A model generated the notes under the pieces. It was not told the origin of the DNA and searched no databases. It was given only the letters and a program-made list of their open reading frames with translations. Positions 38,001 to 51,714 of a stretch of 64,000 nucleotides of DNA are shown here, one piece after another (positions within the stretch are counted from its first letter, which is position 1; each line of letters begins with the position of its first letter). A program made the position numbers and the translations under genes. Source of the DNA: Amphiscolops sp. MND2022 (lineage: Eukaryota); contig OZ076409.1 in assembly GCA_964187785.1 (NCBI GenBank), positions 91,204,001 through 91,268,000 on the forward strand, written 5' to 3'.

Positions 38001-41000
38001 TCTTGCAAGAATCTTGCAAGACAATGCAAATCTTGCAAGATGATAAATTAGAATACCAGTCTTGCAAGAATCTTGCAAGACCATGCAAATCTTGCAAGAC
38101 AACAAATGAGTTATGATAACGTAGTCAACAGCTTCACCAATTGTCGAAAAAGATTATTTTTCTCTTGCTTTTGCGTTTTTTCCTAAAAAATATACGCCTA
38201 TGATCCATTTAGTTTTATTTTTCTAGAGTTTGCATTTTTGGGTCCTTCACAATTTAAGAAGTGAGACTCTGGCTGTACCTATCTGGCTGTCTCCTTTAAG
38301 TCAATATTAAATTGAAAAACTGAGGTGACTGAAATCAGGTTTGTCTACTAAAATCTTATTTAAAATATTCTGAATAAAAATGTCTGGAATCGCTTTTTTG
38401 ATAATAGAGTATAGGGATTAGTGGAGTTGATTATTAATGGTGATGTTCAATGGAACGAAAAACTTTTTGGGCACCTTGAATTCTGTCGAAGCATGCAAAT
38501 ATCTTTCGGTCGACACTTTTCTAGCAAGTATAACACAATGTCAATTCAATTCTTGCAAAAATCTTGCAAGAATAATGCATTGACTTGCAAGACGTCTTGC
38601 AAGATATTTTCAAGAATTACATTTTTTCCAACCTAGGGTATTTTAGTTGTTAATCAAGTCAGCCAAACTTTAGGTTTTTTTGTAATTCCTTCCTAAAATA
38701 CCTGGATTATGCGCATTCTTAAAGGAGGCCTATTATGCGCTTATTATGCAATTTTTGAGACACTATGCAATTTTCGAGGACTCGGTCCCTGACCTGCCCG
38801 TGTGGCTGTGTACAAGGCTCCGTAAGTGTCAGTGCACATGTTGTAAGCTTTGCTATCGTTTGGGTACTCCGCCAACATTCGCCTGATAATCTCCTTCTGC
38901 ATGGACTCGGTTTCACCACCACTAAGAGACAAACCCTGAAAACTCAAACATAGAATGAACCCAACAAAAATTACCCAGGACCTGACATTTCAAATTCTTT
39001 TTAATATTAAAGCAATATTAAACTACACTATTAGAGGCTGAAATTATTTCGCAGCTGCCATTATCCCATATGAACTTTTTCTGGACCCGGAAGTTAACTT
39101 CATTTCAAGTAATCTTTTCATTAGAACAAAAATGCACAGTTTTTGTCAAGGAATTTGATCGAAATAGTGTTTTATGATACTCAATAGTTACATTCATTTA
39201 CTTTTTTCATAATGGAAGTATTGCCGAAGTCACTGAAGGAAAGAAAGGTTTTGTGATTTCACTCCATAAAAGGATTCTTATATGCAAGAAGTCGTGAGAG
39301 GTTTTGAGTTTAATCAACCATTAGAAATTTCAATTTAATTTTTGAGAAACAGGTCAGAAAAAAACGCGTACGTTTGTTGAATATAAAGGTTTCCGGCCAT
39401 GTTCGTGTTACAATCGCAAACTTAACAAGACGAGAACGTCTAAAGTCGGCGCCATATCTAAGGCTCAAAAAGCGCAAAAGACTTTTTTGAAAAAAAACTT
39501 GAAATTTTTTTTTTCGAAATTTTATCGAATTTTTTTTTCGAAAAACCAAAAAAATGGACTGAGTGGCGCGCCGGGGCCCGCTAGCGCGAGCCCCTGGCGC
39601 GCTAAAAGAGGGACACTTCCGAAATTGTCAACATTTTTGTTGCAGTTGAAGGAGGAACCCTTTGGAGAAAAAACAAATTTTCGAAAAAAAGTCTCACAAT
39701 GCCGAAAAACTGAAAGGGGGGACCCTTTGGGATTTTTAAACACCCAATGTGTTGTAAAATATCAAAGAAATTGAAGGGGGACCCTTTGGAGAGAAAATAA
39801 TTTTCGGAAAAAATCTCACAGTGCCGAAAAAAACTGAAAGGAGGGACCTTTTGGGGTTTTTCACCATCCATTCAGTCGCAAAACATCAAAAAATTGAAGG
39901 GATGAAAATTTTTTATTTTCGAAAAAAAATCTCACAGTGCCGAAAAAAACTGAAAGGGGGGACCCTTTGGAATTTTCCAACATCCATTTTGTCGCAAAAC
40001 AGCAAAAAATTGAAGGGGGGCCCTTTGGAGACAAAAAAAATTCGAAAAAAAAGTCGCACAGTGCCGAAAAAAACTCAAAGGGGGGACCCTATTGTCTCGT
40101 CAGGTTTTGTATCTTACGATAAAAATGGAGTAACTGAAAGGGGGGACCCTTTGCACTATCTTAAATACGCTCCCCGTTTGCCGATCCAGTACTTTAGTTT
40201 AGTAGTTCTGTTCTGTAAAAAGTGTCCACTACGCGTACATTCTGTTATCTGACGAAAAAAAAAAAAACTAGCCACTGTAATAGTCGGGCTCATTTTCTTC
40301 TAAAATGCGCCGACTAAAAATGACGTCAGAAACAAGACCAACCATTGATTGGAGGGGTGTCGATTGATCGATGCCCACTTTTTTCTTCACATCTACAATA
40401 AGATCGTGTAATGTTTCCAAACACTTATCTACCCCAACTAACTGAAACAAATGAGAGCTTATACAAGGATTGACATCAAAAATAGAGGACATGAAAGAAA
40501 CGCAAGAAAGACGAGCAAACCCAAGGATTTGTAAGAGCTCCAACACTTGAGTCCATAACGTCTCCTCTGCTGTTGACGATACATATTGTTGACGCAGTAC
40601 CTCCGCTGAAAAAATTTACTGAGGGATGGTGACAAACAACATTAACTTATGTTGTAGATTGTTCATGGAGACGTTGAAAACGTATGAAAGAATCGTTGCT
40701 ATTTTTCGTTTTTTTTTTAAAAGAAAAAATCTTGGTTCAAAGGCCGGGGAACTTTTAAAAAAATCTCTACCTCCACCAGTTTCTGCCTTAAGATGAGACT
40801 TGAATTCATATGCCAATCTGAAAGTCACTCAGACTGGAGGTTAATGTGAGTTTCTCAACGCGGTGAGTGAGTTCCTCTGCGTGTATGTGGGTTCGAATCT
40901 CGCGGTAGATCAAAACTTTTATGCTCGCAAAGGCTCAGGAAAGACCAAAGGGTCCCCATTTCGGGATTTTTTCCGACATTATGCAACTTTTCCTGAATTT

Positions 41001-42411
41001 TTTCCCGAAAGGCCCCTTGAATTTTCACAGAAACGAAGCGCTTTGCGAGCAAAGATGGTCCCTTAGGGATTTTCGGCACTGTGCGACTAAACGATTTTTT
41101 TCCGAAAAAATTCACACAATTTTTGATTTTTTGAGAATTTCTGTTAGGCAAACCGTTTTCAGAGTCTCGCAGGTAACTTCTTCGGTTATTTCTTGGTCCT
41201 GTGGGAATGATGAGGATTTTCTCAATAATAGTGGAAAAGACCTACGGTTTTTTCGACTGTATGCGACTTTTCACTAATTTTTATTTCTCTTCACTAGAGG
41301 TTCGCTGTTTCGGTTTTTTTTCATGTTTTCAGTTTATAAAACGCCTTTTTCGAGCTTAAATGGACACACCTTTGGGTCATTTCGGCACTGTGACTTTTGA
41401 ACGAAAATTTTTCCGGAAAAGATCACTGTCGGAATTCTGTGATATTAAGAGATAAGAATCTCTTTAAAATTTTTGCTTTAACAGTATCCGAAAAATATCG
41501 CAGAGCCACTGCGCATTTTCTTTCATTTCATTTCAGCCCGAAAGATAATCAAAATCTGTTCGTCCATTTTAATGCGCATTTACTTTTGGATACAAGAGTG
41601 TAGCTACAATTCGCGTTGTTTACTTGACTAGCATTGTTTCGAAGATCGTACAGAATGGTAACCATTGCTCGAAAAAGGTATTCCCATATAAACAAACCTC
41701 TCAGATACTTTCAAGGCAAAAAAAATCGAAAAGCGTAAAATCCTATAACTCGCAAAAAACTTATCTTTGTGAAATTTTAAAAGTTACACAGTGTCCAAAA
41801 AATACAAAAAGGGAGACTGGACTTTTTCCAACGTGGTTGCAGAATATCAGAGCATTCAAAGGGAACATGGATTTGAGAAAAAATCTCCAAAAGGTGGGCT
41901 AAAACTAAGACGGATTCTTTTATCCCTTCTAGTTTCAGAAAAGACGAGAATATACAATAAGCCCAGGAGACACTTTGGCAGTCTTCAAGAAGTTATGCTA
42001 ATTCCAAATTCGCTAAACAGTTTTTTTCAAAATACAGTGGATCCCGGTCATAGTGAACCTCTGGGGACCGCTCACCGCAGTTCACTATATCCGGGATTCA
42101 TTAAAAGCGGGCTCCATGTAAGATTCCAAGTAAATTTTGATTGTGGACATTATCTTAGCTGCCGCTAATTTGAATCGCTAACAAAATCGCTGAAAAATTC
42201 TGCGCGGCCGCTAATTCGCTGATTAGCGATGTCCAAACTGAGAGATATACAAGACAACAACGATCTTGAAACGAATACAATAGAAATGCAATGAAACCCA
42301 GTCGAAAAATGAGCTTCCAAAAAGAAATTATTTTTAGCCAATGGCGAGATGACTTGAAAAGTTAATATAGTTAAATTATTACCCTTCGATGCCTCCGTAG
42401 TATTGTTCCAT
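35012..42411 (-). CDS. NAGK: N-acetyl-D-glucosamine kinase, 9 exons: 42383-42411, 40521-40605, 40343-40441, 38794-38935, 37594-37701, 37032-37144, 36525-36707, 35820-35898, 35012-35205
   Basis: All introns are GT-AG and phase-compatible. Spliced product: [80 protein letters not shown], colinear with animal NAGK. Confidence 0.93.
35287..35626. mobile_element. hAT-type MITE in the last NAGK intron (partial copies at ~36756-36900 and ~42135-42241)
   Basis: TIRs TAGACTTTTGACATCGCTAAT / CAGAGTTTTGACACCGCTAAT. Perfect 8-bp TSD GTTTGAAA at 35279-35286 and 35627-35634. Subterminal CGCTAAT repeats. Confidence 0.85.
37405..37574. mobile_element. Tc1/mariner-pogo-type MITE
   Basis: TIRs CCGTATTTCTTCAAATA / CTGTATTTCTTCGAATA flanked by TA on both sides. 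Confidence 0.7.
37908..38638. mobile_element. MITE with TA TSD and subterminal TCTTGCAAGA palindrome arrays
   Basis: Ends CCCCAGTTTGGAAAAAA / CCCTAGGTTGGAAAAAA (reverse complement), flanked by TA. About 8 TCTTGCAAG copies at the left end and about 4 at the right end. Confidence 0.75.
39424..40320 (-). mobile_element. Helentron-associated non-autonomous element (HINE/DINE-1-like) with internal ~120-bp tandem repeats
   Basis: Subterminal inverted repeats AGTCGGCGC/GCGCCGACT, a partial inverted repeat next to one subTIR, a terminal hairpin AGACG-AGAA-CGTCT and T-rich ends. About 4 units of CACAGTGCCGAAAAAACTGAAAGGGGGACCC. Confidence 0.7.
40850..41400 (+). mobile_element. Partial copy of the same HINE-like family
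   Basis: TTTTCGGCACTGTGCGACT and AAAGGGTCCCC core motifs; termini not clear. Confidence 0.5.
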
Positions 42412-43933
42412 TGTGCAAAGTTCCTATTCGTCCTTCGGCAAAACACGCTTCAATGAATTAGGATCACTTTCTCAAAGGAATCAACAAAGATGCTCCCGGT
42501 CAGGCAGAAACAACCATACAATTTTTCTAAAAAGCGCGATGATGCTAAAAATGAAAGCCCAAAAATAAAATCTAAAGGGTTCAGTATACTTGAGAAAAAC
42601 AGACTTTCGAAGACGTAGCTATTGGCAACACAATCATTTTAAGGGCCAATTAAGAAGATTTGGAGGACATTCTATTTTTTCAGATGGAGTTTGCGGGACA
42701 GACAAAAGTACATAGCATTGCACGCATTTTCACGGATTGTTGACTTGATGCCTCCAAAATCAAAGAAACGGGACCAAAGAAAATAAAAATTAGCGCAAAA
42801 TTTCCGTTTTTTCCTGTTTTCTTGTGTGGCCACTTAATCATACTGAGGACAAGATTAAGTCAAAGGGGCCGTGGCATGTATTGAAACAAGCTGAACTGCA
42901 GCCAGAGACACCATGCATGCAAAGTTTTGGCGCAAAGTCCGGAGCCAGTGCACGCCAGCGGAGGACTTCGCGCAAAAAACTTTGTGCGGAAAGGGCCCGC
43001 GCTAGCGGTCCCGCAGCCCAACAGTTCGAAAATCCATTTGAAAGCCCTGATGCGCTTCTTTCGAACGCTGTATAAATCGTTTGTCGGACTTGAATAGTTT
43101 AGGAGATATTGCGGTTTAAAGTTTAAGCAACCGATTTTTCGATGGATCCAGAAAATTCCACCTCCATTCCGGGTTAATAAGTATGCCGATAAATTGGGCG
43201 GATTCATGGTCTAGGAGATAAGTATAAATCTCTTCCCATTTAATTTCCCAGGTGTTCATTTTATTTTTTAACATTTAGAAGGTATTGAAATCTGGTAACT
43301 GAAGAAACGCCCAGGTGAGATAAAAGAAGCAATCGGTTTTCTACGCAGTAGAACTCGTGAGAGCTTTAACGTACTCGAGTTGATTGCTCCGTCATGATAT
43401 GAGTGGTGAAGACATCCCTGATGCCGTCAAACTCGGATAAAAGAAACTAAGAGGGTGGTAAGAAAAGTTTTTTATCAGTTGTCCTATTAGCATATAAAGT
43501 TTGTCTTGCATAAAAGCGGAGGAGTGAAAACGTTTCTTATATCCAAATGTTTCTTTTATCCGTGTTTCTTTCATCCGAGTTCGACTGTAATACATAAATG
43601 CTGCTAGTTGTGAGCTTTTCCAGCCACTGTCATCAATGCTACTAGTAAACAAATGCACTTCATCATTTGACATTTTCTTAACATTGATCAACTACAGTAA
43701 ACAACTAGACTCGATCATTTCACATTTTCCTAACATTGTTCGATTTTATTATTAGGGCAACCACGCTTCTGCCTTTTATACAACAAATTATGCCCCTTTG
43801 TAACCTCCATACATTGGTTTCTTGATTACCAATTATCTGCCTTCTGAAAATTAATGCAAAAAGTTTTCACATGTTCAAATTACAATGCAGAACTATGTCT
43901 TTAGGTGAAAAGATGCGGTCTTTTCTAGGAAGC

Positions 43934-44554
43934 TTTTTTTAGTCGGCGCTTCATGAAGTGAAACGCGACTATTATAGTGACTTTTTTTTCTATCCACACG
44001 AACTGACTAAAATAGTTTTTAAAAGTTCTACCAAATATTATGGTGTCAAATTGCACCATTTGGCCTAGCGAACTGGACCAAAAAGGTTTTCCCTGTTTTT
44101 CCGCGTAACATACCATACCGGGCAACACCAAAGGGTCCCCCTTTCAATTTTTTTCGGCACTGCAAGACATTTTTTTTGGAATTTTTTTTACCCCAAAGGG
44201 TCCCCCCTGCATTTTTTGATGTTTTACGACAGAATGGATGTTGAAAAATCCCAAAAGGTCCCCCCCTTTCAGTTTTTTTCGGCATTGTGAGATTTTCTCC
44301 CGAAAATAAATTTTTTTTCTTTAATTTTTTCATGTTTTGCGACAGAATGGATGTTGAAACACCTCAAAGGGTCCCCCCTTTCAGTTTTTCGGCATTGTGA
44401 GACTTTTTTTTCCACTTTAGCGCGCCAGGGGCTCGTGCTAGGTTTATTTTTTTGGCTTTTCGATTTTCGAGTACTGTAAATTGACACTTGGAAGTCCTTT
44501 TGCTATTTTTGAGCCTTGGATATGGCGCCTACTTGGGCCGGACCCGGCTTGTTT
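43934..44554 (+). mobile_element. HINE/DINE-1-like element
   Basis: 5' TTTTTTTAGTCGGCGC..CGCGACTAT. Internal ~115-bp repeats. 3' GGCGCCTACTT followed by hairpin GCCGG-AC-CCGGC and TTGTTT. Confidence 0.7.
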
Positions 44555-45559
44555 AGATTTACTGAAGGTTTTTCCACATCACCCGCTTTGTATGATATTG
44601 ACGCACAGACTTGGTGATCGTTTCTTTACTCTGTGCGTGCTTAGATATCTTTTGAACTGCTGCAAAATGTTCACTGTGGCAAACCGTCCAAAAGCAAGCG
44701 GCAATCAACCGGCCGTTAACTTGAATTAGTGCATTGGTTTTATGCACAAGGTTTGATCTTAAAATCATTAATTTTCGCAAAAAATATACTGTTCTCTTGT
44801 TGGAAATAAACAATTGCAATAATTAGTGCATCAAACTTTTAAACAATTATTTATTTCACAGCCCTGAATACAGTACTGTGATTCAGAAATCGCCCCCTAT
44901 GCTGAGCGTCGTTATCAACTAATTAAAATTGTTTATTTGCTCTCGCTCTCAATTTTGATTGGATTGGCGTATTTGGTGAAATCACAGGCGCTGAAAGAAT
45001 AATTTTATTTTCCCAGTTTTTAGAACGTTTTTAAAAATAATTTAATGAAAATATTAGATTCGTCAGATTCTGCAGATTGTCTAGAAGTCAATAGTATAGA
45101 TATCAGGTTCTCACCGCGAAAACATATCCTACCTTAAAAATTGTAATTTGAAAAAAAACCTTTTGAGCTTGATATTCCGAAAACAGTTGATCATTTCTGC
45201 AATCAAAATACATTCCTGAATTCAATAGATTTTTGGGAATTGATTGAGCATAAAACTGTGGATAAAACGCCAAAATTTAGAAAAACAGCAATATCGTCCT
45301 ATTATCGTTCAAAATCAGCTATTTTTAACTTCATGAATACTCAGAAATTTACAAAACACTACTGTAATCTAGGTTATTCTCCATGATACTTATACTTCTG
45401 ATGTTTTACAAAATTTTTGACCATTCTCGAGAAAATTGAGCCTAAAATCTTACCGTATTATATATTGGTGGGGATCAGAACCACATTTTATACCCAATTA
45501 CATGTATCTTCAAGATACTATCTTGTAAGCCGCATAGACCGTTTTATTGCATTGCAGTA

Positions 45560-48500
45560 TAGGACGTTGAAAATTTGCAAAACGACATTCAAATTTGATT
45601 TCCAAAAAGAGCTTGCTTCATCAATCTCGATTCCGATTGGCTAATTCCAAAAATTAGCCATTCAAAAAGGCCCCTGCGGAGTATAGTATTATTTTTGCTT
45701 TTAATCTTTCATGTTCAATAATAGAAGCATATCTGGAATAACAACACTCCTGTGTAATAAACAAACAGCGCGCAATTACTCGATGTACCAGTTTACACCG
45801 CCTTTAAATCTCGGATTAAAAAATAACTACTAGTTTCGAATTCGCATTTGAATGCAGGCGAAGCTCTCGGCAAACGAATAATTAACACTCGTTCGCTTCA
45901 TATCATGATCTCGGCGTACGAATTAAAACACCCGTTGGACTTATCTCTGACTCGGCGTAAGAAAGGATAATTACCATTACTCGAACTCTATCTCAATGAA
46001 TTCGACGCATGAACGGATATTCAACACTCGCTCGTTTCATCGCACGAGAAAAGAATCGTCGTCGAAACTGCCGAACCAAATATCTGAACTTTTCAGTAGG
46101 CACTAGGAATCACGAACAAAAGCCGTTCTGGAAAAGTTGCATTATTCAGATTTCTATATTATTCCTGCTATCGCAGAAAATAGCATTGAAAAGCAGGAAA
46201 TGTTTATATTATGCTATTGCAGAGGTAGAAAGGATGGAAATGCTGCTTTGCACAGCAGCGCAAACTTTCAATCTTAACTACCAACTGCATGCGAGCAGTG
46301 GTCCGCTGAGGATTAATAAAATTGAATGTCGATTTGGGAATTGTGAATGCCTATTTAGAAAATTTAATCTTTCATCTGATTGGTTCGGGAATTTTGAATG
46401 TTTGGTAAATTTTGAACGTCCTATACTGCACTTTGTTTTGCACGTTACTTCATAAATCTCTGCTCTTTTACTTCATAAATCTCTGCCGAATCAAGCAGTG
46501 TAATTATAAATCGACGTCTGTAATTACCAGAACCACCTGTAATTATGAGATGCACTGTGTAGGTAGTCAAATTGCGTAGAAACGATGTTTGGTGTAAACT
46601 AGTCAACCACTGTAATTTCCGATGGTGTAAACTGGTCAATTTATGAAGTTGTGTCAACTAAAGTAACGTCCTATCAATACGTGTAATGTGTGACAAGTGT
46701 AAATCTTCCGAAAAAATATTCGCGCTCTGATTGGACAAAAATCGGACTAGCAGGATCCTGCTAGCTCGTTAACGGGATGTGTTTCGTAATGGAAAGCTCG
46801 AATTCTCTGTCGAAGCATGCAAGAATCTGGTTGTCCCATTTAGGCAAGAGATCTAAAGATTTACTTTTGCTTCTGAAACCATTCAAGCGAGCCAGCGGTA
46901 AAGATGATCAGAAATACACTTACACGCTTTTACAAGCGAGAATAACAATTCAAAAAGGATGCTCGCGCCCAGCAGATTAATATTTCAATCGACATTTAGA
47001 GAATAGTTTGATGGTGATAAATCTATCAGCAATGATAGCACGGAATCAACATCAGATAACTGGAATTCATTCATTCGGAAAATAGATGCTTCAAGAACAT
47101 CTTCTAAAGCACCACATTGTATAAAGTTTCAAGAGTGGACGATTAACAATTCTTCTAAGGCAGGAGTTTGCCAGGGGGCTTCCTACTTGGTATAATATTC
47201 ACTTGACCGGGTTAATGAATTTAATCGCCGCATGTCGAATGAAATTTGATTGGACAGACACGTTCCAAAGGTATGCGGATAATATTACTAGTGAAAACGA
47301 AATAGTGTTAACAGAAAATTAGATGACGTAGGCAGCTATGGTCGCATACCTCTATTGCCCTAAATGCAAGAGCGAAGCGGAGCGACGTGCCATTACAAGT
47401 CCAGCGGCTGGTTTTTTGAAGGCCGACATAGAAGGCCGCGGAGCGCCCCGTAAAAGAGTAAAGCCAATTCATACAACCAATACACAGTGTCGGACGTTGA
47501 AAATTTGCGAAACATTCAAATTTGTTTTCCAAAATCAGCGTGCTTTATCTATCTTGATTGCAGTTGACTAATTCAAAAAAAAATCAGACAATCAAAATTA
47601 ACAATAGACATTCAAGATCAGCATAAGCTAATATCAGGAGAGGTAGAAAGAATGAAAATGCTGCCTCGCATAGCCGCAGACTTTCAATCGTAATTACAAG
47701 GTGTATGCGAGCAGTGGTCCCCTGAGGGATTATCAAAATTGAATGTCGAATTGTGAATTTTGAATGCCTATTAGAAAATCTTATCTTTCAACTGATTGGT
47801 TCTGGAATTTTGATAGTCGTTCCTACACTGTACTAATTATGGCTGATGTAATTTTGACAGGCAATGCAATTCTTCGGCTAAGTAAAACCTTTTTCATTTT
47901 CGGCTAAGTGGATATTCGGCTTCGTAGCACCCCATCGTCTGCTCTTGCATATTTTGACCAACACTGAGGTAAACCTTGCATATTTTGCTCATTCATTTTC
48001 GAAGTACATTCCGATAGAAATTGAAAGCTGTATTGATTCGGTGATGGATTTCTTTCAATATTAAAATCAATGTCCTACAGGTCAAAACCCAATCTAAAGC
48101 GACCAATTCATTATTGCCATTTAAAAGTTCTATCGCTTCGCTAATGATTAAATACACAATCCCAATCAAGCAGTATTTTGGTCCAATGCAGTGAAAGAAA
48201 ATAGGCCCAAACTATGTATATACTTTTAGCTTTAGAGAGGGTTGTAACTTATTACCCCATTCAACTATTCCAAAGGCATGTAAAGAAACTCTCCATCAAT
48301 AACTTGCCCTATCTTCAGCTTGGCAAACTGTCTGCAGAATGGGCTTCAATGTAAAGCTTCATTTATTGGACTGTCATGGCATTAAGCTCAATTATCTTTT
48401 ACAAAGCTTGCTTAGCAGGTGTAACAAAACTTTGAAAGATTTGTGGAAGAATACAACTCACTTCAATGAAATCATGGACAGGTGTTTGATGCGAAGTTCT

Positions 48501-48890
48501 GATAACAAATTCACCTATAGCTGTTAGTCACTAAATTCTTCTGATCAAGAAAATTCAACTGAAGATTTGGCCGAAACTTTGCTTTATACCTGTACTAAAA
48601 CTCCAGGGCAACCTCCATGGGTGGTGATCGGTCGAAACAATTTGCATTCAAAAGTTTTGTTTGCGATTCAAAGCTTCGATTTGAGCTGACATCTACAGCG
48701 CTCAAAATGTTAGATCCGAATGAAAATCTCCTAGATTAAAATCTAAGTTAAAATCTACGCCGAAATCTCCTAGGTTAAAATCTAAATTAGAGAATCGTGA
48801 TTGGCTACGTTCACACACCGATACTGCCCTGAATGCAGGAGCGAAGCGACGTGCCACTACTGGTTCAGAGGCTGGTTTTAGACGAAGGCT
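45560..48890. repeat. Fragments of an unclassified interspersed repeat family
   Basis: Similar pairs: 45560-45660 with 47490-47580; 46220-46430 with 47638-47830; 47365-47420 with 48825-48890; 45783-45902 with 51671-51714 plus 53328-53752. Confidence 0.55.
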
Positions 48891-49765
48891 GACCTGGAGG
48901 GACGCTAAGAGCCTCGGTAGGAGGAAGGCCTGTCTCATGCAACCAAGGAGATTTTGACGTGTAACGCTGTAAGTGTAATAGTAATATTGCGGAGAAAATA
49001 GCTGTCAAAACAAACAATTCATAAGAGCAGATGATCACGGCTATTGTTAAACAATAGAATGCAGGTTTTCGTCAAGGGTTTGCAAAATTTTTGAACATTT
49101 CCGTTTGTAGTCCAACCATGGCCACCACAAAATGTGTCATGATCTCGGTGGGGCTGTGATGGGAAAGGGTGGCCAATAATGGGTTGCCCTGGGCTGTCAC
49201 CCCGGGAAGTGTAATGAAGGGTTTGAAAAAAGACGCGCAATTTTTCTTCGTACTTAAGAAATTCTTCAAGTAAATCGAATTGAGTTATCAAATCAGATCT
49301 TTGAAAATTTAGCATGTCAAGCATGAAAACTTCACCGCATGGGGGATTTTTCGAGAATAACTCAATTTTGAGAAAAAATCAGATATAAACTTTCAATTCG
49401 TAGCTTTGTAGAGACATTAAACAGATTCACAGTATAAATAGGATCAATCACAGACAGTACAAGCTTCTACTTTATAAAATGTTCCAATATAATAATAGCA
49501 CCAAGTTGAGTTTTCAACATTTTACTTTTAGATTTCAGGCCACGTGAGATGAGAATTTGCAAATGCCACATACACATTTTCTCAAATATGCTGGCTCTTC
49601 TCAAGACAAGCCCCATTTTGCACAATTAATTGATCTTAGAAGACGCTCTCGCCCTCGGAAAAACCTCTCATTTTGCTTGAAAACCTTATACGCCGCGGCT
49701 TGTATTCTAAGAAACACAATCAATAGCATTTGCAGATGAGAAAAACTACTTACAACGTGTAAGTA

Positions 49766-50321
49766 CTACTGTTGAACAGTTCCATCTAGCGTGGGAAAAC
49801 CAGAGTTGGGCAAAACCATCGGGTGCAACTGATTTTGGACAACAGGTGGAACAACGTTATGCTGCATGTTGAAATGATCAGGCGCCATATTGCTATCATA
49901 CACATGCTGAGATAGAGGCAACGTGTTGTCATTCAGATGCGGCTCCATATACATGTTTTGGTTGTTCCCAGGGGGCCCACTCGTAGGCGGGGGGAGGGTT
50001 GGGGTATCGTAGGAGAAAATGATTCGATCATTGGCATAATAAGGCACCTCAGCGGGTGCATAGCAAGTGTATGCACCATATTCGGATGACGTCATTTGAG
50101 TGATATGTCCCTGAGCAGAATTGACTCCCTGTGGCATTTGCATTGCAGAAACCATTTGCATATCAGGGACAGCTTGTGGGGGAGCTTTGGAAAGGAAGTT
50201 TTCATCCAATGCCGGCAGGTGAACATGGGTGGCGTTGTGGCCAAAATTCGAAGCGGGTGCAGGGTAGTTCAGCAGTTTATGTCTTTGAGTCAATTTTCTA
50301 CTCTCCCGATACTGCGCCTCC
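49766..50321 (-). CDS. Possible exon of an unidentified gene (P/Q/N/M-rich low-complexity protein segment)
   Basis: Open for ~185 codons downstream of a TTTTCAG acceptor and more GC-rich than its flanks. No recognisable domain, and neighbouring exons were not resolved. Confidence 0.4.
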
Positions 50322-50822
50322 TGAAAATAACCATTAGCAGAACTGCAATTCTCTCAATAGAAACCAACATTTTATGTTGAGCGGCGAAAATCCGATTTAG
50401 AATCTGAATAGACCATTAGAATATGAACTTTTTCTCCAAACCAGAGGATGCACCAAAATTCCCCGCACTTTTCCTGCTATTAGAACATCATGATCAAAAA
50501 CCAACTGGTCCAGTGATGAACAGAACTCCATTCGAAACTGAAGGCATGTTCACTCGGAAAAAAAGTGAGTCAAAACTTCTTGGCAGAGAAAATTTCATGA
50601 GAAAACTTTATGAAAGTAAGTTAAGAAATCTAGTGCTTCCAAAATCGAAGTAGATTTTTTCCGTTGGAGACGCGTCGTATCCAACAGATTTCCGCTAAGG
50701 AGGCTCTAAAAAGCACTACCCTAAATACCAAAGAACACCCTCAACTTTGTATGCTCATCACACAATTCACACAGTTATATTTCTGCGTCAGGCTATAATC
50801 ACCATTAATTTTCGAGTTCAAT

Positions 50823-51620
50823 AACAAGCAAGAAACCACCCAAGTCAGCGCCTCGCTCAACGTCTGCGCATAAATCTGGAAAACCACTCTTCCCCAACTA
50901 GGAACATCAAAAACTGAAGTATTATTTTTCGAAAAAAAAATCGGAAAAAGTCTCAGAGTGCCGAAAAAAAGCTTGGAGCACGTCAAACGCTTTTTGCTGG
51001 CCGAAAACATTTATTGAAGTGCAAGGGTACTTTGACCAATTGAAAATTTTATCGAAAAATTGAACAGTTCCGAAAAAAGCCGTAGGTCTCTTTCACAATC
51101 ATTGAGAGAATTAATCAAATACACAGGATCAAAAAATTATCGAAGATGTCACCCTCAGGACTCGGAAAAAGTTTTCCTTCACAGAAAACCTCAAAAAACC
51201 TCAAATTGCAGGAAACTTAAAAAAATTCGTCAGTAAGGGGCATAGTACAGAACAAACCTAAAGTCGCCTGTATGCCTGCAAAAGTCTTTGCTGCTAAAAA
51301 TCGAGGGAGAGGTTTCAGTTCGAGTAAAGAAAAAACCAGTCAAGTCCCATAAATCCAACACAAAACCCAAAGGGACACTTTGGTCTACCCTATACTTTTG
51401 CAAGCATAAAAAATTTCGGGATAGTGCGAGACTAGAAACCACGAACTCCTGCTTCTCAGACTCTTTCAGAAATCCAAGTTAATGTGTCAAGTGGCAGTCT
51501 GAAGTTACTGAAGTAACTAAGTTCCTATTATAAGCAGAGGTGCTTATAAAAATCTATCAGTTCGCTGGTCTCAAAAAGCCATTGCTATAGTCAGTGTTTT
51601 TAGAAAAGCGCCGACAAAGA
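50823..51620 (-). mobile_element. Diverged HINE/DINE-1-like element
   Basis: Ends AACAAG..CCCAAGTCAGCGCC and ATAGTC..AAAAGCGCCGAC, with an internal GTGCCGAAAAAA motif. Confidence 0.6.
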
Positions 51621-51714
51621 ACATACCTGAAATAACTATGGTCTCATTAATCCATTATTCACAATTAACCACTGTACCAGCTTACACCGTCTTCGATTCT
51701 TCCAAAATGATTAC

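Noticed and set aside
39487..44487. Lys/Phe-rich ORFs (39821..40252, 44046..44333, 40921..41277 and others)
   Set aside because: They are translations of the HINE internal tandem repeats.
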